Source: Verrucomicrobiota bacterium | GTDB lineage: Bacteria > Verrucomicrobiota > Verrucomicrobiia > Limisphaerales > UBA1096 | NCBI GenBank assembly: GCA_030747605.1 | Contig: JASLKL010000003.1 | Span: 1-43,747 of the forward strand | Reading direction: 5' to 3' | DNA: 43,747 bases | Shown here: one piece after another, positions 8,692 through 18,822 of the stretch | Layout: each line of letters begins with the position of its first letter | Position numbering within the stretch: the stretch's first letter is position 1 | Notes under the pieces: model-generated | What the model was told of the DNA's origin: nothing | The model's database searches: none | The model's input: the letters and a program-made list of their open reading frames with translations, nothing else | Made by a program: the position numbers and the translations under genes

Positions 8692-10227
8692 CTATTCGTT
8701 GTCATCTTCAATAGCTTCAGGATCACCAACAAGAATTACTGAGGCTGCCTCACTAGGCTTGGCTTCAAAAAGCACGCTCTCTGGACCCCAACCTGACCAA
8801 CCCTGAATACCTGGAGCATCCAAATCACTATCTATCACCGCAACACCCAAGCCAAATGATACATTTTCTTCAAGAGTCGATACTCCAACTGTTTCCGGCG
8901 CAAACCAAAACTCATAAACGGTCGTGCCAGTAGCAGGATTACCGTTGGCAGGGTCGATCGTTTTTCGGTTTCGGCGTATTACAACATCAAACTCAGCGTC
9001 ACCTTTGATTTGCTCCGCATATCCAATTGGCGGAACAAACCCTGGGGTTGAAAGCATTTTTTTATTATAGGCAAGATCGTTTACCAACTTCCAGTCTGGG
9101 TCTTTCAAGAACACGTCATAAGATAATGCAAAAACAAACTCTCCTAATACTTCATTGCGATCAGCATTAGTAAATAAAATCTTAACAGCGTCACCCTCAT
9201 CAGCAGATTTACCAAAATGGACATGTTGATCATCCTCAACCACCAAAGTAAGCTGTAGCCCTAAAACGTTCCATCCAATCCCTAACTTAATATTGTGATC
9301 CTTTTCTCCCTCCCATTTGCCTTCACCAAATTCGGCAAATTGAGAATATGTAGTCTCACCTGCGATGTAATTAGCCTCACCTCGCTGATCCTCGTCAACT
9401 ATTTCAAAACCAGGATTAGCGACCATTTCGCTTGCCAACCATTCACTAGGAATCCCATCAAGACTGCCATTAACCGGTTTAGCTTCATAATAATCATAAT
9501 GAAGATCAATTCGGTTTATATTTTTGGGTGGCGGCTGTACATAAGGCATCAACCGATAAAACCGTTGTCTGTACTTACTAGTGTTGGTTTCCTTAAAAAC
9601 TAATGTATCAGACGTGAAATCCAAAATCTTTCTCACGCGCCAGTCGATTAAGTTCTCCGAAGAAAGAATTTGAAACTGCCTAGGCTCGATCTTCATTTTC
9701 TTATTTAGAAAGCCATACCAGCCTGGGGCCAAAGCCGTAGCCTCCATTATAAAATGATTGTCCAAATCAAAACGAATGATGCCGTAATAGCTTTTCAGTA
9801 AATCAGCAACATTCGTATGTCCAAAAAATGCTACGCCATCCATGGCAGTCTCGCCTGCTTTGTCTTTTGCATTTATATCCGCGCCGTGAACCAGTAACAA
9901 TTTGACAATGTCAACAAACCCTCCTACGGCGGCATGGTGCAGTGCTGTAGCTTTGTCAAAATCACGATGCCGAACATTCGCCCCAGCATCAACAAGGAGT
10001 TGAGCAATCTCTAGGTTACCATACTCAGCAGCATAGTGCATGGCGGTTTTACCAGTCCAATCATCAATGGTTTCAACATCAGTCCCGGCTGCTATGTGGG
10101 CCTTAACGGTGTTAACATCATTACGCCAACTTGCCGCCGCCCATAGAGGTAGCTCTGGAGCAGCCTGAACAGAAGCTGCCCAAAAAATCAGGAGACTAAT
10201 TAAAATACGACTAAGATTCCCTAACAT
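8692..10227 (-). CDS. Secreted ankyrin-repeat protein with C-terminal CBM9-like (sugar-binding-type) domain
   Basis: Signal peptide MLGNLSRILISLLIFWAASVQA from ATG 10227; about four ankyrin repeats (LPLWAA, GKTAMHYAA, ATALHHAA, GETAMDGV); C-terminal W-x3-GLQLTLVVEDD...GDAVKI...TVYEF...FGLGVAVIDSD resembles CBM9_1-like domains (less certain). Confidence 0.75.
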   Translation of the reverse strand: MLGNLSRILISLLIFWAASVQAAPELPLWAAASWRNDVNTVKAHIAAGTDVETIDDWTGKTAMHYAAEYGNLEIAQLLVDAGANVRHRDFDKATALHHAAVGGFVDIVKLLLVHGADINAKDKAGETAMDGVAFFGHTNVADLLKSYYGIIRFDLDNHFIMEATALAPGWYGFLNKKMKIEPRQFQILSSENLIDWRVRKILDFTSDTLVFKETNTSKYRQRFYRLMPYVQPPPKNINRIDLHYDYYEAKPVNGSLDGIPSEWLASEMVANPGFEIVDEDQRGEANYIAGETTYSQFAEFGEGKWEGEKDHNIKLGIGWNVLGLQLTLVVEDDQHVHFGKSADEGDAVKILFTNADRNEVLGEFVFALSYDVFLKDPDWKLVNDLAYNKKMLSTPGFVPPIGYAEQIKGDAEFDVVIRRNRKTIDPANGNPATGTTVYEFWFAPETVGVSTLEENVSFGLGVAVIDSDLDAPGIQGWSGWGPESVLFEAKPSEAASVILVGDPEAIEDDNE

Positions 10228-10291
10228 TGACCGCGCACCATTTATACAGACTTTAACTACTCGACCAGCGAAATCGCCCAATTCGCAGGCC

Positions 10292-10320
10292 TTGCACCAG
10301 CTCCAAGCTTGGCTTACGTT
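10292..10320 (+). promoter_or_regulatory. Putative sigma70 promoter
   Basis: TTGCAC (10292-10297), 17 nt, TACGTT (10315-10320), upstream of ATG 10344. Confidence 0.35.
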
Positions 10321-10343
10321 CAATCAATTAGATTTTCAATCCC

Positions 10344-10901
10344 ATGAAAAACCCAATACTTTCGAGCATTTTCCTAGGCTTTATTCTTGGCAGTTTCTAT
10401 CCATCTGCATTTGGACAAACAGACAAAAGCATAAATTCCGACGGACTAAACTTAACACCAATACTCAAAAGGCTAGACCAAGTAGTAGAAAGATTAACAA
10501 ACGTTTCCGAGGATTTGGCTAAGTTTCAAAAAAGCAGCAAGAACAATGCTAAGGATCAATCAATTAAGTCGATCTTTAAGCAACTGGAAAAACTTAACGA
10601 GTCTACTAAGGGGCTATCGATTCAGATTTCTAATCAAACAAATTTAACTCGAGAACAGGCCGACGCCTCAACTACTACAACAGAACTTCTAAAGAAATTA
10701 GTGGCCCAACAAACAATCGCTATCGAAAAAAGCAATAAGCCAATAACTCTAATTAAATGGGAGTACAAATCGATTTTTGGCGATAGCCGTGTAGCACTCG
10801 AGGAGGAAATGAACACCTTTGGCAAGACGGGTTGGGAATTTTTCAACATTACTTCGTTCGGTCGTGGCAGCGCAGCCTTCGCCCGTCGCCCAATAAAATA
10901 A
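10344..10901 (+). CDS. Exported coiled-coil protein with C-terminal DUF4177-like domain
   Basis: Signal-like N-terminus (…PSAFG), helical heptad-like middle, and C-terminal KWEYK...LEEEMNTFGKTGWEF...FARR matching the DUF4177 pattern. Confidence 0.65.
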   Translation: MKNPILSSIFLGFILGSFYPSAFGQTDKSINSDGLNLTPILKRLDQVVERLTNVSEDLAKFQKSSKNNAKDQSIKSIFKQLEKLNESTKGLSIQISNQTNLTREQADASTTTTELLKKLVAQQTIAIEKSNKPITLIKWEYKSIFGDSRVALEEEMNTFGKTGWEFFNITSFGRGSAAFARRPIK

Positions 10902-10980
10902 ATCAGTATCATACTCTAGCTTCACTAATCGGTGATTGACCCAAGCTGCCTAAGATCGTTCACTACCCCTCTTTTCTAAT

Positions 10981-12033
10981 ATGCCAGAACCTACTCCAAT
11001 ATTGGATAGCCAAAAAAACAAAAACACCTCAAGTAAACCGACCGATGATGACGTCGCGGTAATTGATGAATTGCGCTCTACCTACGAGAGCATGAAGGCT
11101 GAAATGGCCAAAGTTATCGTTGGCCAAGATGAAGTTGTTGAAAATCTTCTAATTACAATTCTTTCTCGAGGTCATGCCCTGCTCATGGGCGTGCCGGGCT
11201 TAGCCAAAACACTCATGGTTAACTCACTATCAAAAGTGATGTCACTTGACTTTAACCGGATCCAGTTTACTCCCGACCTTATGCCGTCTGATATCACTGG
11301 CACAGATATCCTGCAGGATACAGCTGAAGGCCGAAGAGAATTCGAATTCGTCAAAGGACCAATCTTCGCCAATATCATTTTGGCTGACGAAATAAACCGC
11401 ACGCCCCCCAAAACACAGTCGGCATTGCTTGAAGCTATGCAGGAACATCACGTAACCGTCTCAGGGCGTATTTTATCACTTCCAGAACCGTTCTTCGTGC
11501 TTGCTACTCAGAATCCAATCGAACAAGAAGGCACCTACTCACTTCCAGAAGCTCAACTCGACAGGTTTATGTTTTTTGTTGAAGTGAAATACCCCAACCG
11601 CAATGAGGAATTGCGAATAGCTCGCGAGACCACTGGAGTCGCCTCTCAAACTATTGAGCCCAAAGTAACCGGCGAACAAATTCTTAAATATCAAAAACTA
11701 GTCGAACGAGTACCTGTTCCCGACCATATATATGATATGGCAGTTGACATAGTTCGAGCCACACGGCCTGCATCTAGTGATGCACCTGATTTTTGTAAAA
11801 AACTTGTATCTTGGGGAGCCGGCCCGCGCGCAGTACAATACCTAATACGCGGTTCCAAAGCTCGTGCCGTCTTACATGGCAGCTACCTTGTAAGGCAGGA
11901 AGATCTAGAGGCTGTCGCTCACCCTGTTTTGAGACATCGTATTATAACAAATTTCCAAGCACAGGCCGAGGGCACCGACAGTACCGTCATTGTCGAAAAG
12001 TTGCTCGATCAATTTCGCAACGCCAGTGCCTGA
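10981..12033 (+). CDS. moxR: MoxR family AAA+ ATPase
   Basis: GVPGLAKT, RIQFTPDLMPSDITG, LADEINRTPPKTQSALLEAMQE, ATQNPIEQEGTYSLPEAQLDRF. Confidence 0.95.
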   Translation: MPEPTPILDSQKNKNTSSKPTDDDVAVIDELRSTYESMKAEMAKVIVGQDEVVENLLITILSRGHALLMGVPGLAKTLMVNSLSKVMSLDFNRIQFTPDLMPSDITGTDILQDTAEGRREFEFVKGPIFANIILADEINRTPPKTQSALLEAMQEHHVTVSGRILSLPEPFFVLATQNPIEQEGTYSLPEAQLDRFMFFVEVKYPNRNEELRIARETTGVASQTIEPKVTGEQILKYQKLVERVPVPDHIYDMAVDIVRATRPASSDAPDFCKKLVSWGAGPRAVQYLIRGSKARAVLHGSYLVRQEDLEAVAHPVLRHRIITNFQAQAEGTDSTVIVEKLLDQFRNASA

Positions 12034-12931
12034 GGAGAAAGAGCAACCACTGATTGAAGCCGACGTTGTCGGTAGACTTATAGGGCAACCACTACTTGCA
12101 CGATTCCCTATGGAAGGAACGGTATCTGGGCATCATCGAAGCCCACACCGTGGATCGAGTGTTGAATTTGCTGAATACCGTAACTACGTACCTGGGGATG
12201 ATATCCGAAGACTTGACTGGCGCGTATTTGCTCGAACAGACCGCTACTATCTGAAAGAGTTCGAAGCTGAAACAAACCTTCGATGTTACATTGTGCTAGA
12301 TTGTAGTGGGTCAATGGGATTTAAAGGCGGTCATGGCATGCGCTTCGATTATGCTAAAAGACTTGCCGCAACACTAAGCTATCTTGTTATAAATCAAGGT
12401 GATGCTGCAGGGTTAGTGCACGTTAATGCAAAAGACAACAACGAAATCCCACCTCGTAGAAATGCATCCCATTTACAGCTAATACTTGACTCACTTAATC
12501 AGGCTCGCCCCAAAGGAGAAACCAAACTCATCCCGTTGCTTCATGAACTAGCAGAGAAAGCTCGTCGACGTGCACTAGTAATCATTCTGTCCGATTGCTT
12601 TTGCGACGGAACTGAACTGCGCGATGCACTCCAGCATCTTCGATTCCAAAAACACGACCTAGCTTTGTTCCATTTACTAGACCCATTGGAATTAGATTTC
12701 ACTTTCGACCGACCAGTGCGTTTTGTGGACATGGAAGGTTCACAATCCATAGTTACTGAACCGGCTACTATTCGTGCAGAATACCAGTTACAGCTCACCC
12801 AGTTTCTCAAAAAACTGCAGGCTGACTGTCATGAGTTCAACGCAGACTACCGTCGAATCACCACTGATCAACCTTACGACAAGGTGCTCGCAGATTTCTT
12901 GAATGAACGTGCTAAACGCAGCAAAAGTTAA
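12026..12931 (+). CDS. DUF58 domain-containing protein
   Basis: GHHRSPHRGSSVEFAEYRNYVPGDDIRRLDWRVFARTDRYYLKEFEAET, LDCSGSM. GTG at 12026, overlapping the moxR stop, is preferred over 11990. Confidence 0.93.
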   Translation: MPEEKEQPLIEADVVGRLIGQPLLARFPMEGTVSGHHRSPHRGSSVEFAEYRNYVPGDDIRRLDWRVFARTDRYYLKEFEAETNLRCYIVLDCSGSMGFKGGHGMRFDYAKRLAATLSYLVINQGDAAGLVHVNAKDNNEIPPRRNASHLQLILDSLNQARPKGETKLIPLLHELAEKARRRALVIILSDCFCDGTELRDALQHLRFQKHDLALFHLLDPLELDFTFDRPVRFVDMEGSQSIVTEPATIRAEYQLQLTQFLKKLQADCHEFNADYRRITTDQPYDKVLADFLNERAKRSKS

Positions 12932-12934
12932 ACC

Positions 12935-14920
12935 ATGAGTTTCATTCAAGAGAACATACTTTTGGGGCTGCCACTCATCCTGCTTCCGGTAATTATTCAC
13001 CTGATAAACCGCATGCGGCACAAACCCAGAAAGTGGGCTGCAATGCAGTTCCTTTTTGCAGCAACTCGCAGCTCTACAAGCCATTCTAAAATCAAAAACT
13101 GGCTAATTCTTGCGATGCGTATACTTGCAGTACTAATGCTATTGCTATTCCTCTCTCGCCCACTAGTGGGCGGATGGATGGGGTGGGCATTTGGAGGCGC
13201 TCCTGATGTTATCATGCTGTTGGTTGACCGATCCGCTAGTATGGAATCGCGCATCTCTGGCACCAATAAATCACGACGCGAATACGCAATCGAAATGATT
13301 GTAGATGCCGCCGAAAAATTTGAAAATAAAAGTCACATAGTCCTAATTGACAGCGCGACTCGGAAACCTCAGGACATTGCCAACGCTTCTTCGATACTCG
13401 AACTGCCTGACACACAGCCCTCCGACACCGCAGCAGATATACCTGCTATGCTCCAGAGTGCACTTGCCTGGCTTATCGACAATCAAGCTGGAATAGCAGA
13501 AATCTGGATAGCCTCCGACCTACAAGATACCAACTGGATGCCTGACGACTCACGCTGGGAAACCCTTATAGAATCTCTTAATTCGCTTAAACAAGAAGTT
13601 AGAATTCGCCTACTAGCCACTACACAGGACTCACCAGTGAATGCCTCTATTTCGGTCACTGAACTTGCCCGCATGCAATCCAGTGAAATTGGAGAAGTCC
13701 GTCTTGCAGTCGACATCAAACGCACAAAGATCAACAATGGCATTGAACCTATTAAACAAACAATCAACGGTGTAACCACCGAAATAGAAGCTAAAGTCAA
13801 CGGACAAGCCACACGCTGGCGTCATCGCATTGAAGTAGGCAACCAATCAGGCGGATGGGGAAAACTCGAACTATCTGCTGACGGCAATCCCCAAGACAAT
13901 ATAACCTATTACCGATACAGTGATGATCATCCAATGGAAGGGCTAGTCATAACTGAAAGTCAGCTGAGCCCTCTATGGCAAGCTGCCGCTTCGGCCGTCA
14001 ACAACTCTGGCAGAAATCCTGCCAAGATTTTGTCTCCAATCGAATTCTCCAAGTCGGATCTACGTAATTCCACACTCGTCATCTGGCATGCTCCACTTCC
14101 TGAAGGCGATGCCTCAAGTGCACTTCGTGAGTTTATTAACGAAGGCGGACGACTGGTTTTCTTTCCAACGGGAGAGGCGACTACAGTACGATTTGTTGGG
14201 CTGGGCTGGGGAGAAAAGGAAACTGCTGAAAAAGATCCATTCAAGATCGGACGCTGGGACGAGGATCAAGGCCCTCTTGCTAATACGGATGAAGGTTTGT
14301 TGCTCCCTCTAAACCAACTAACTGTAAAGCAACGACAACAGGTTATTGGCCAAGCAGCAGTGCTCGCAGCTTTTAACGACGGCCAAGCATTTCTGGTACG
14401 CCAAACTATTGGCCAAGGAGAAGTTTATTTTTGCTCTACTCTCCCCCTACTCACTTGGTCAGATCTCGGGGATGGCATGGTGGTAGTACCCATGCTTCAG
14501 CGACTATTAGCCGCTGGTAGTAGCCGATTCCAACGAAACTTCATTAGTGAAACAGGCAGAGTCAGCGCTGGAGATCTGCAACTTGAGTGGACTTCAGTTG
14601 AAACTGGCCAGCGTGGCAATTTGCAGACTGAAGCAGGCGTATATCGATCCGCTGATCGTTGGTTAGTTGTCAATCGACCTGCAAATGAAAATGAGTTTGA
14701 ACGAGTAGAGGACGAGGCAGTCGCTGCGCTATTCAGCGGCCTAACATTTCGACTCTTTCAAGCTCAACGTGACAACACTTCTTTACAAAGTGAAATATGG
14801 GATAAATTCCTTATATTAATGCTAATAGCATTGCTCGTCGAAGCTTGGTTAATATGCCCCAAGGTCAGCCTCGAATCGGATGAAACAACGCCAGAACCCT
14901 TACCGAACACCGCATCATGA
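12935..14920 (+). CDS. BatA (aerotolerance regulator N-terminal) and VWA domain membrane protein
   Basis: LPVIIHLINR...WAAMQFL...LILAMRILAVLMLLLFLSRP; VDRSASM MIDAS motif; IASDLQ; C-terminal TM helix (LLVEAWL). Confidence 0.88.
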   Translation: MSFIQENILLGLPLILLPVIIHLINRMRHKPRKWAAMQFLFAATRSSTSHSKIKNWLILAMRILAVLMLLLFLSRPLVGGWMGWAFGGAPDVIMLLVDRSASMESRISGTNKSRREYAIEMIVDAAEKFENKSHIVLIDSATRKPQDIANASSILELPDTQPSDTAADIPAMLQSALAWLIDNQAGIAEIWIASDLQDTNWMPDDSRWETLIESLNSLKQEVRIRLLATTQDSPVNASISVTELARMQSSEIGEVRLAVDIKRTKINNGIEPIKQTINGVTTEIEAKVNGQATRWRHRIEVGNQSGGWGKLELSADGNPQDNITYYRYSDDHPMEGLVITESQLSPLWQAAASAVNNSGRNPAKILSPIEFSKSDLRNSTLVIWHAPLPEGDASSALREFINEGGRLVFFPTGEATTVRFVGLGWGEKETAEKDPFKIGRWDEDQGPLANTDEGLLLPLNQLTVKQRQQVIGQAAVLAAFNDGQAFLVRQTIGQGEVYFCSTLPLLTWSDLGDGMVVVPMLQRLLAAGSSRFQRNFISETGRVSAGDLQLEWTSVETGQRGNLQTEAGVYRSADRWLVVNRPANENEFERVEDEAVAALFSGLTFRLFQAQRDNTSLQSEIWDKFLILMLIALLVEAWLICPKVSLESDETTPEPLPNTAS

Positions 14921-17127
14921 GTCACTGGTCTTTAACCACCTCAACTTTTGGCATCCTTACATGTATAGGTGTAGTTGTATTGTCGGGTTGGCTTGGCTGG
15001 AGTATATGGAACCGAAACGGCCGCCGTCGCAAAGTAGCAATACTGGAATTACTACGCACCATCGCAGTTATACTGCTAGCGTTCACACTTTTGGAACCAG
15101 AGTTTATCCGCCGTATCATACGAACTGAACAACCACAGATTTCAATCCTAAATGATTATTCTGGGAGTATGTTCACTCGCGATATCGTAAGCACTAATGA
15201 GATTATCAGTCGAAAGAAATGGCTGGATTATCAAAATAAAAGTGAGTATTGGAAACAACTCGAAGACAGTAGTGATGTAAAAGTGGATATTAATTCGTTT
15301 GCATCGCAGACGAACCCTTCCCCTACAAATACATTGGCCAAATCGGAGGAAATCGGCACCGATCTTAACGCCATCCTAAGTTCTGAACTTGATCAGAAAA
15401 AAAACCTGAAGGCTGTGTTGTTACTTTCAGACGGCGACTGGAATCTCGGCCCATCACCAATCAGTGTAGCCACGAGATATCGCGACAGAGAAATTCCTAT
15501 TTATAGCATAGTCACCGGCCAGGACCAACCAATTGCCGATCTCTCTATGGAAGAAGTCACGGCACCTGCTTATGGCTTATTTGGAGAACAGATTTCAATC
15601 CCATATACAATACAAAGTCATCTAGCACGCGATGTTTCAACCGAAGTCCGGCTTATGAACGGGAAAGAAATACTAACCTCAAAAAAAATCACTCTGCCTG
15701 CAAAAAACAGTTTTCGAGATTCGATTATGTGGTACCCCAATGAAGTTGGAGAATTCGATTTAAAACTGGAATTTCCAGTTGAAAAAGATGAGGCATTAAA
15801 AGACAATAATTCAGCAAAATTTAATATCGGTGTACGTGTTGTAAAACTTAACATTTTAGTTGTAGATTCCCAGCCTCGTTGGGAATATCGATTTCTTCGA
15901 AATGCCTTGGCCCGTGATCCTGGAGTAGATCTACACTGCGTTCTGCTTCATCCTAAAATCCCACCTGGAGGTGGGCGAGATTACCTATCTTCCTTTCCCG
16001 GCTCACGAGAAATGCTATCTCGCTACGATGTGATTTTCATGGGCGACGTAGGCGTTGGAGAAAATCAGTTAAGCAAGAAAGACACTGAACTAATAAAAGG
16101 GCTTGTTGAACAACAAGGAAGCGGCCTCATTTTCATGCCAGGCAGACGCGGTAATCATCTCTCGCTCATGAATAGCGAACTTAAGGATCTTATGCCGGTG
16201 GTGCTTAACGAAGACAAACCAAAAGGTATAGGTATGAATAACGAATCAGTGTTGACGCTATCAACCCTTGGCCGCAGGCACCTACTTACTCGATTTGATG
16301 CTGATGAAATAACGAATGACCAAATATGGAAAATGCTCCCAGGTTTTTACTGGTCCGCTGCTGTCACTAAAAGCCGCCCTGGGACTGAAGTACTTGCTGT
16401 TCACTCCGAATTACGCAACCAGTTCGGCCGCATACCACTTCTAGCCATCCGAAATGCTGGCCTAGGCAAAGTTTTGTTCATGGGAACCGACAGCGCATGG
16501 CGTTGGCGTCGAGGCGTAGAGGATAAATTTCACTATCGTTTTTGGAGTCAGGTCGCTCGATGGATGGCACACAAACGGCATCTAGCTGAAAAGGAAGGAA
16601 TTCGACTGAGTTTCTCCCCGGAAACCCCCAAAGTTGGTGATCGTATTTTCCTGCAAGCGACCATTTTAGACGCAGCAGGCTTTCCCCTAGAAGGCGGAGA
16701 TGTTCAAGGGGAGTTCCTCTATCCTCAAGGAGTCGACGAATCGCTAAAGCTAAACGAGATCGACGGGGGCTGGGGTGTTTACATTACTGAATTTTCTGCA
16801 AAAGAAGGCGGTGTTTACGAAATCAAAATTGAAGCTCCTGATCAAGATCGCAAATTAGAAACTAAGATTACAGTCTCCATGCCTAAACGCGAAAAACTTG
16901 GTCGCCCTGTTAACCGCTCCATACTCACTGAAATTGCATCAATCACTGGCGGAGAAAGCGCTAATATAAACGATCTAGAAGAGATAATAGAAAAAATATC
17001 AGTGCTCCCAGAACCCAACCCAGTAGAACTTCGCACACTCCTATGGAGCAACCCATGGTGGGGTGGATTTATCCTCCTCCTTCTCGTCACCTACTGGACA
17101 GGCCGCAAACTTGTTGGTTTGGTATAA
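14917..17127 (+). CDS. VWA plus class I glutamine amidotransferase-like domain membrane protein
   Basis: Two N-terminal TM helices, DYSGSM, GTDL, LLSDG, PRWEYRFLRNAL, YDVIFMGD, GLGKVLFMGTDSAWRWR, C-terminal TM helix. ATGA overlap with the upstream gene. Confidence 0.82.
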   Translation: MSHWSLTTSTFGILTCIGVVVLSGWLGWSIWNRNGRRRKVAILELLRTIAVILLAFTLLEPEFIRRIIRTEQPQISILNDYSGSMFTRDIVSTNEIISRKKWLDYQNKSEYWKQLEDSSDVKVDINSFASQTNPSPTNTLAKSEEIGTDLNAILSSELDQKKNLKAVLLLSDGDWNLGPSPISVATRYRDREIPIYSIVTGQDQPIADLSMEEVTAPAYGLFGEQISIPYTIQSHLARDVSTEVRLMNGKEILTSKKITLPAKNSFRDSIMWYPNEVGEFDLKLEFPVEKDEALKDNNSAKFNIGVRVVKLNILVVDSQPRWEYRFLRNALARDPGVDLHCVLLHPKIPPGGGRDYLSSFPGSREMLSRYDVIFMGDVGVGENQLSKKDTELIKGLVEQQGSGLIFMPGRRGNHLSLMNSELKDLMPVVLNEDKPKGIGMNNESVLTLSTLGRRHLLTRFDADEITNDQIWKMLPGFYWSAAVTKSRPGTEVLAVHSELRNQFGRIPLLAIRNAGLGKVLFMGTDSAWRWRRGVEDKFHYRFWSQVARWMAHKRHLAEKEGIRLSFSPETPKVGDRIFLQATILDAAGFPLEGGDVQGEFLYPQGVDESLKLNEIDGGWGVYITEFSAKEGGVYEIKIEAPDQDRKLETKITVSMPKREKLGRPVNRSILTEIASITGGESANINDLEEIIEKISVLPEPNPVELRTLLWSNPWWGGFILLLLVTYWTGRKLVGLV

Positions 17128-17161
17128 TTAGATATCACTCGCGCCATCACTAACTTAGTTG

Positions 17162-17881
17162 CTACGGCTTGTCTTCTCGAAAGAGATCGATATTTATTTT
17201 ATTACCCGCAAGGAAACCTGCATGACCATCAAGATATACTAAATTAGCACCATTATTATGACGCTTAGCCGCGATACGTCGATCCATACTTAAACGTTTT
17301 CCGTATGGACCAAAAGGCAGATGGCTTGGGCGCCAAACATCATTCAACCAAGTGTTATTATTTGGGTCATTTAAACCAGTTATAACCGGACGCCATGACC
17401 CAGCTGAACTGTCCCCTACATAAATTGAATTGGAAGGCTCCTTAAAATTATTGATCTTGCTAGGACCAATCTGCTGATATCCCACCGTGTCGCGAGTGCT
17501 TCTGAATCGCCAAGCATTAACGGTATAGGTGATTACCTGAGGCTTCTGTCGCTTATTAGGCTTAGGAAAACTTGGACACCTAAAAATCTTAATATTTCGA
17601 TAATCCTTTTTTGTTCCACCTTCAGGCAAATATTTCATTAAAACCAAATACCATCTCTCTGCATCGCCTCGAGGAACCATATCATCATTATCATCTGCAT
17701 GTAGAATAGTCGCTAAGCCAACTTGCTTGAGATTATTCATACACAACGTGGCGCGTCCTTTTTCTTTTGCCTTTGCTAAAGCTGGCAATAAAAGCCCGGC
17801 AAGTATTGCGATTATTGCAATGACCACAAGAAGCTCAATCAGAGTAAAACCTTTAGTTAGTTGTTTACCAAAAAAGACCAT
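17162..17881 (-). CDS. Prepilin-type N-terminal cleavage/methylation protein with H-X9-DG motif (DUF1559-like)
   Basis: [46 protein letters not shown]. Confidence 0.92.
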   Translation of the reverse strand: MVFFGKQLTKGFTLIELLVVIAIIAILAGLLLPALAKAKEKGRATLCMNNLKQVGLATILHADDNDDMVPRGDAERWYLVLMKYLPEGGTKKDYRNIKIFRCPSFPKPNKRQKPQVITYTVNAWRFRSTRDTVGYQQIGPSKINNFKEPSNSIYVGDSSAGSWRPVITGLNDPNNNTWLNDVWRPSHLPFGPYGKRLSMDRRIAAKRHNNGANLVYLDGHAGFLAGNKINIDLFREDKP

Positions 17882-17888
17882 CAGATTT

Positions 17889-18626
17889 TTACGGCTTCTT
17901 TTCTCGGAATAAATTTATATCAATCATCTTTGCCTTACGAAATCCTACATGCCCATCGAGATATAAAATATTAGATCCTTCACTATGCCGATCAGCTGCA
18001 ATACGACGTTCACTACTTAATCGCTTTCCACTAGCGCCATAAGGCAAATGATTAGGCGACCAAACATCGTTCAAATCAGTTCTCATATCTTGGAATCCGG
18101 TGATGATTGGCCGATTGATACCCGGATTTGTGACACCATCCTCATTATCCAATAAATAGGCAGAATCCGAAGGAGAAGTAAAATCTGTAATCTTGCTTAA
18201 CCCAATATGCTCGTAGCCGTAATTATCTTTAGTCGAACGAAATTTCCATGCATTCACAACATAAGTGATTATCTGCCTGCGATTCGGTGTTCGTTTTGGG
18301 ATAGGATAACTAGCGCACATAAAAATCTTTATATTACGAAAATCTCTTTCTGTTCCACCCTCGGGAATGTAAGGCATAAACTCAAACCACCAACGCTTCG
18401 CATTACCTCGAGGGATCATATCGTCCTTGTCATCTGCATGCATCAACATACCCAGCCCTACTTGCTTAAGATTATTCATACAAGAAGTAGCATGCGCTCT
18501 AGCCTTAGCTTTAGCTAAGGCAGGCAACAAAAGTCCAGCAAGGATAGCTATAATAGCAATTACTACCAAAAGCTCAATCAGTGTAAAACCTCGACTAATT
18601 TTTTTCTTATTCACTTCACAAATCAA
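17889..18626 (-). CDS. Prepilin-type N-terminal cleavage/methylation protein with H-X9-DG motif (paralog of neighbour)
   Basis: [46 protein letters not shown]. Start TTG 18626 or GTG 18614. Confidence 0.92.
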   Translation of the reverse strand: MICEVNKKKISRGFTLIELLVVIAIIAILAGLLLPALAKAKARAHATSCMNNLKQVGLGMLMHADDKDDMIPRGNAKRWWFEFMPYIPEGGTERDFRNIKIFMCASYPIPKRTPNRRQIITYVVNAWKFRSTKDNYGYEHIGLSKITDFTSPSDSAYLLDNEDGVTNPGINRPIITGFQDMRTDLNDVWSPNHLPYGASGKRLSSERRIAADRHSEGSNILYLDGHVGFRKAKMIDINLFREKKP

Positions 18627-18822
18627 TCACGGGTGACAATAAATGCAAACGACCTAATTAAACAAATAAGGGGCCGCTACATAAATCAAAAGGGTTAACC
18701 GTTTTTACTCCCACCACTATCAAAAGCAAGCCCCACTTAAACTGAGCAAAATATTAAAGTATTAATCAAATTATTATATAAGATCTTTGAAAATCATACC
18801 ATTTTTCCTAATGGAATTGGGA

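Noticed and set aside
10228-10323. 32-aa N-terminal extension of the ankyrin protein
   Set aside because: It crosses the divergent promoter region; a clean signal peptide begins at ATG 10227.
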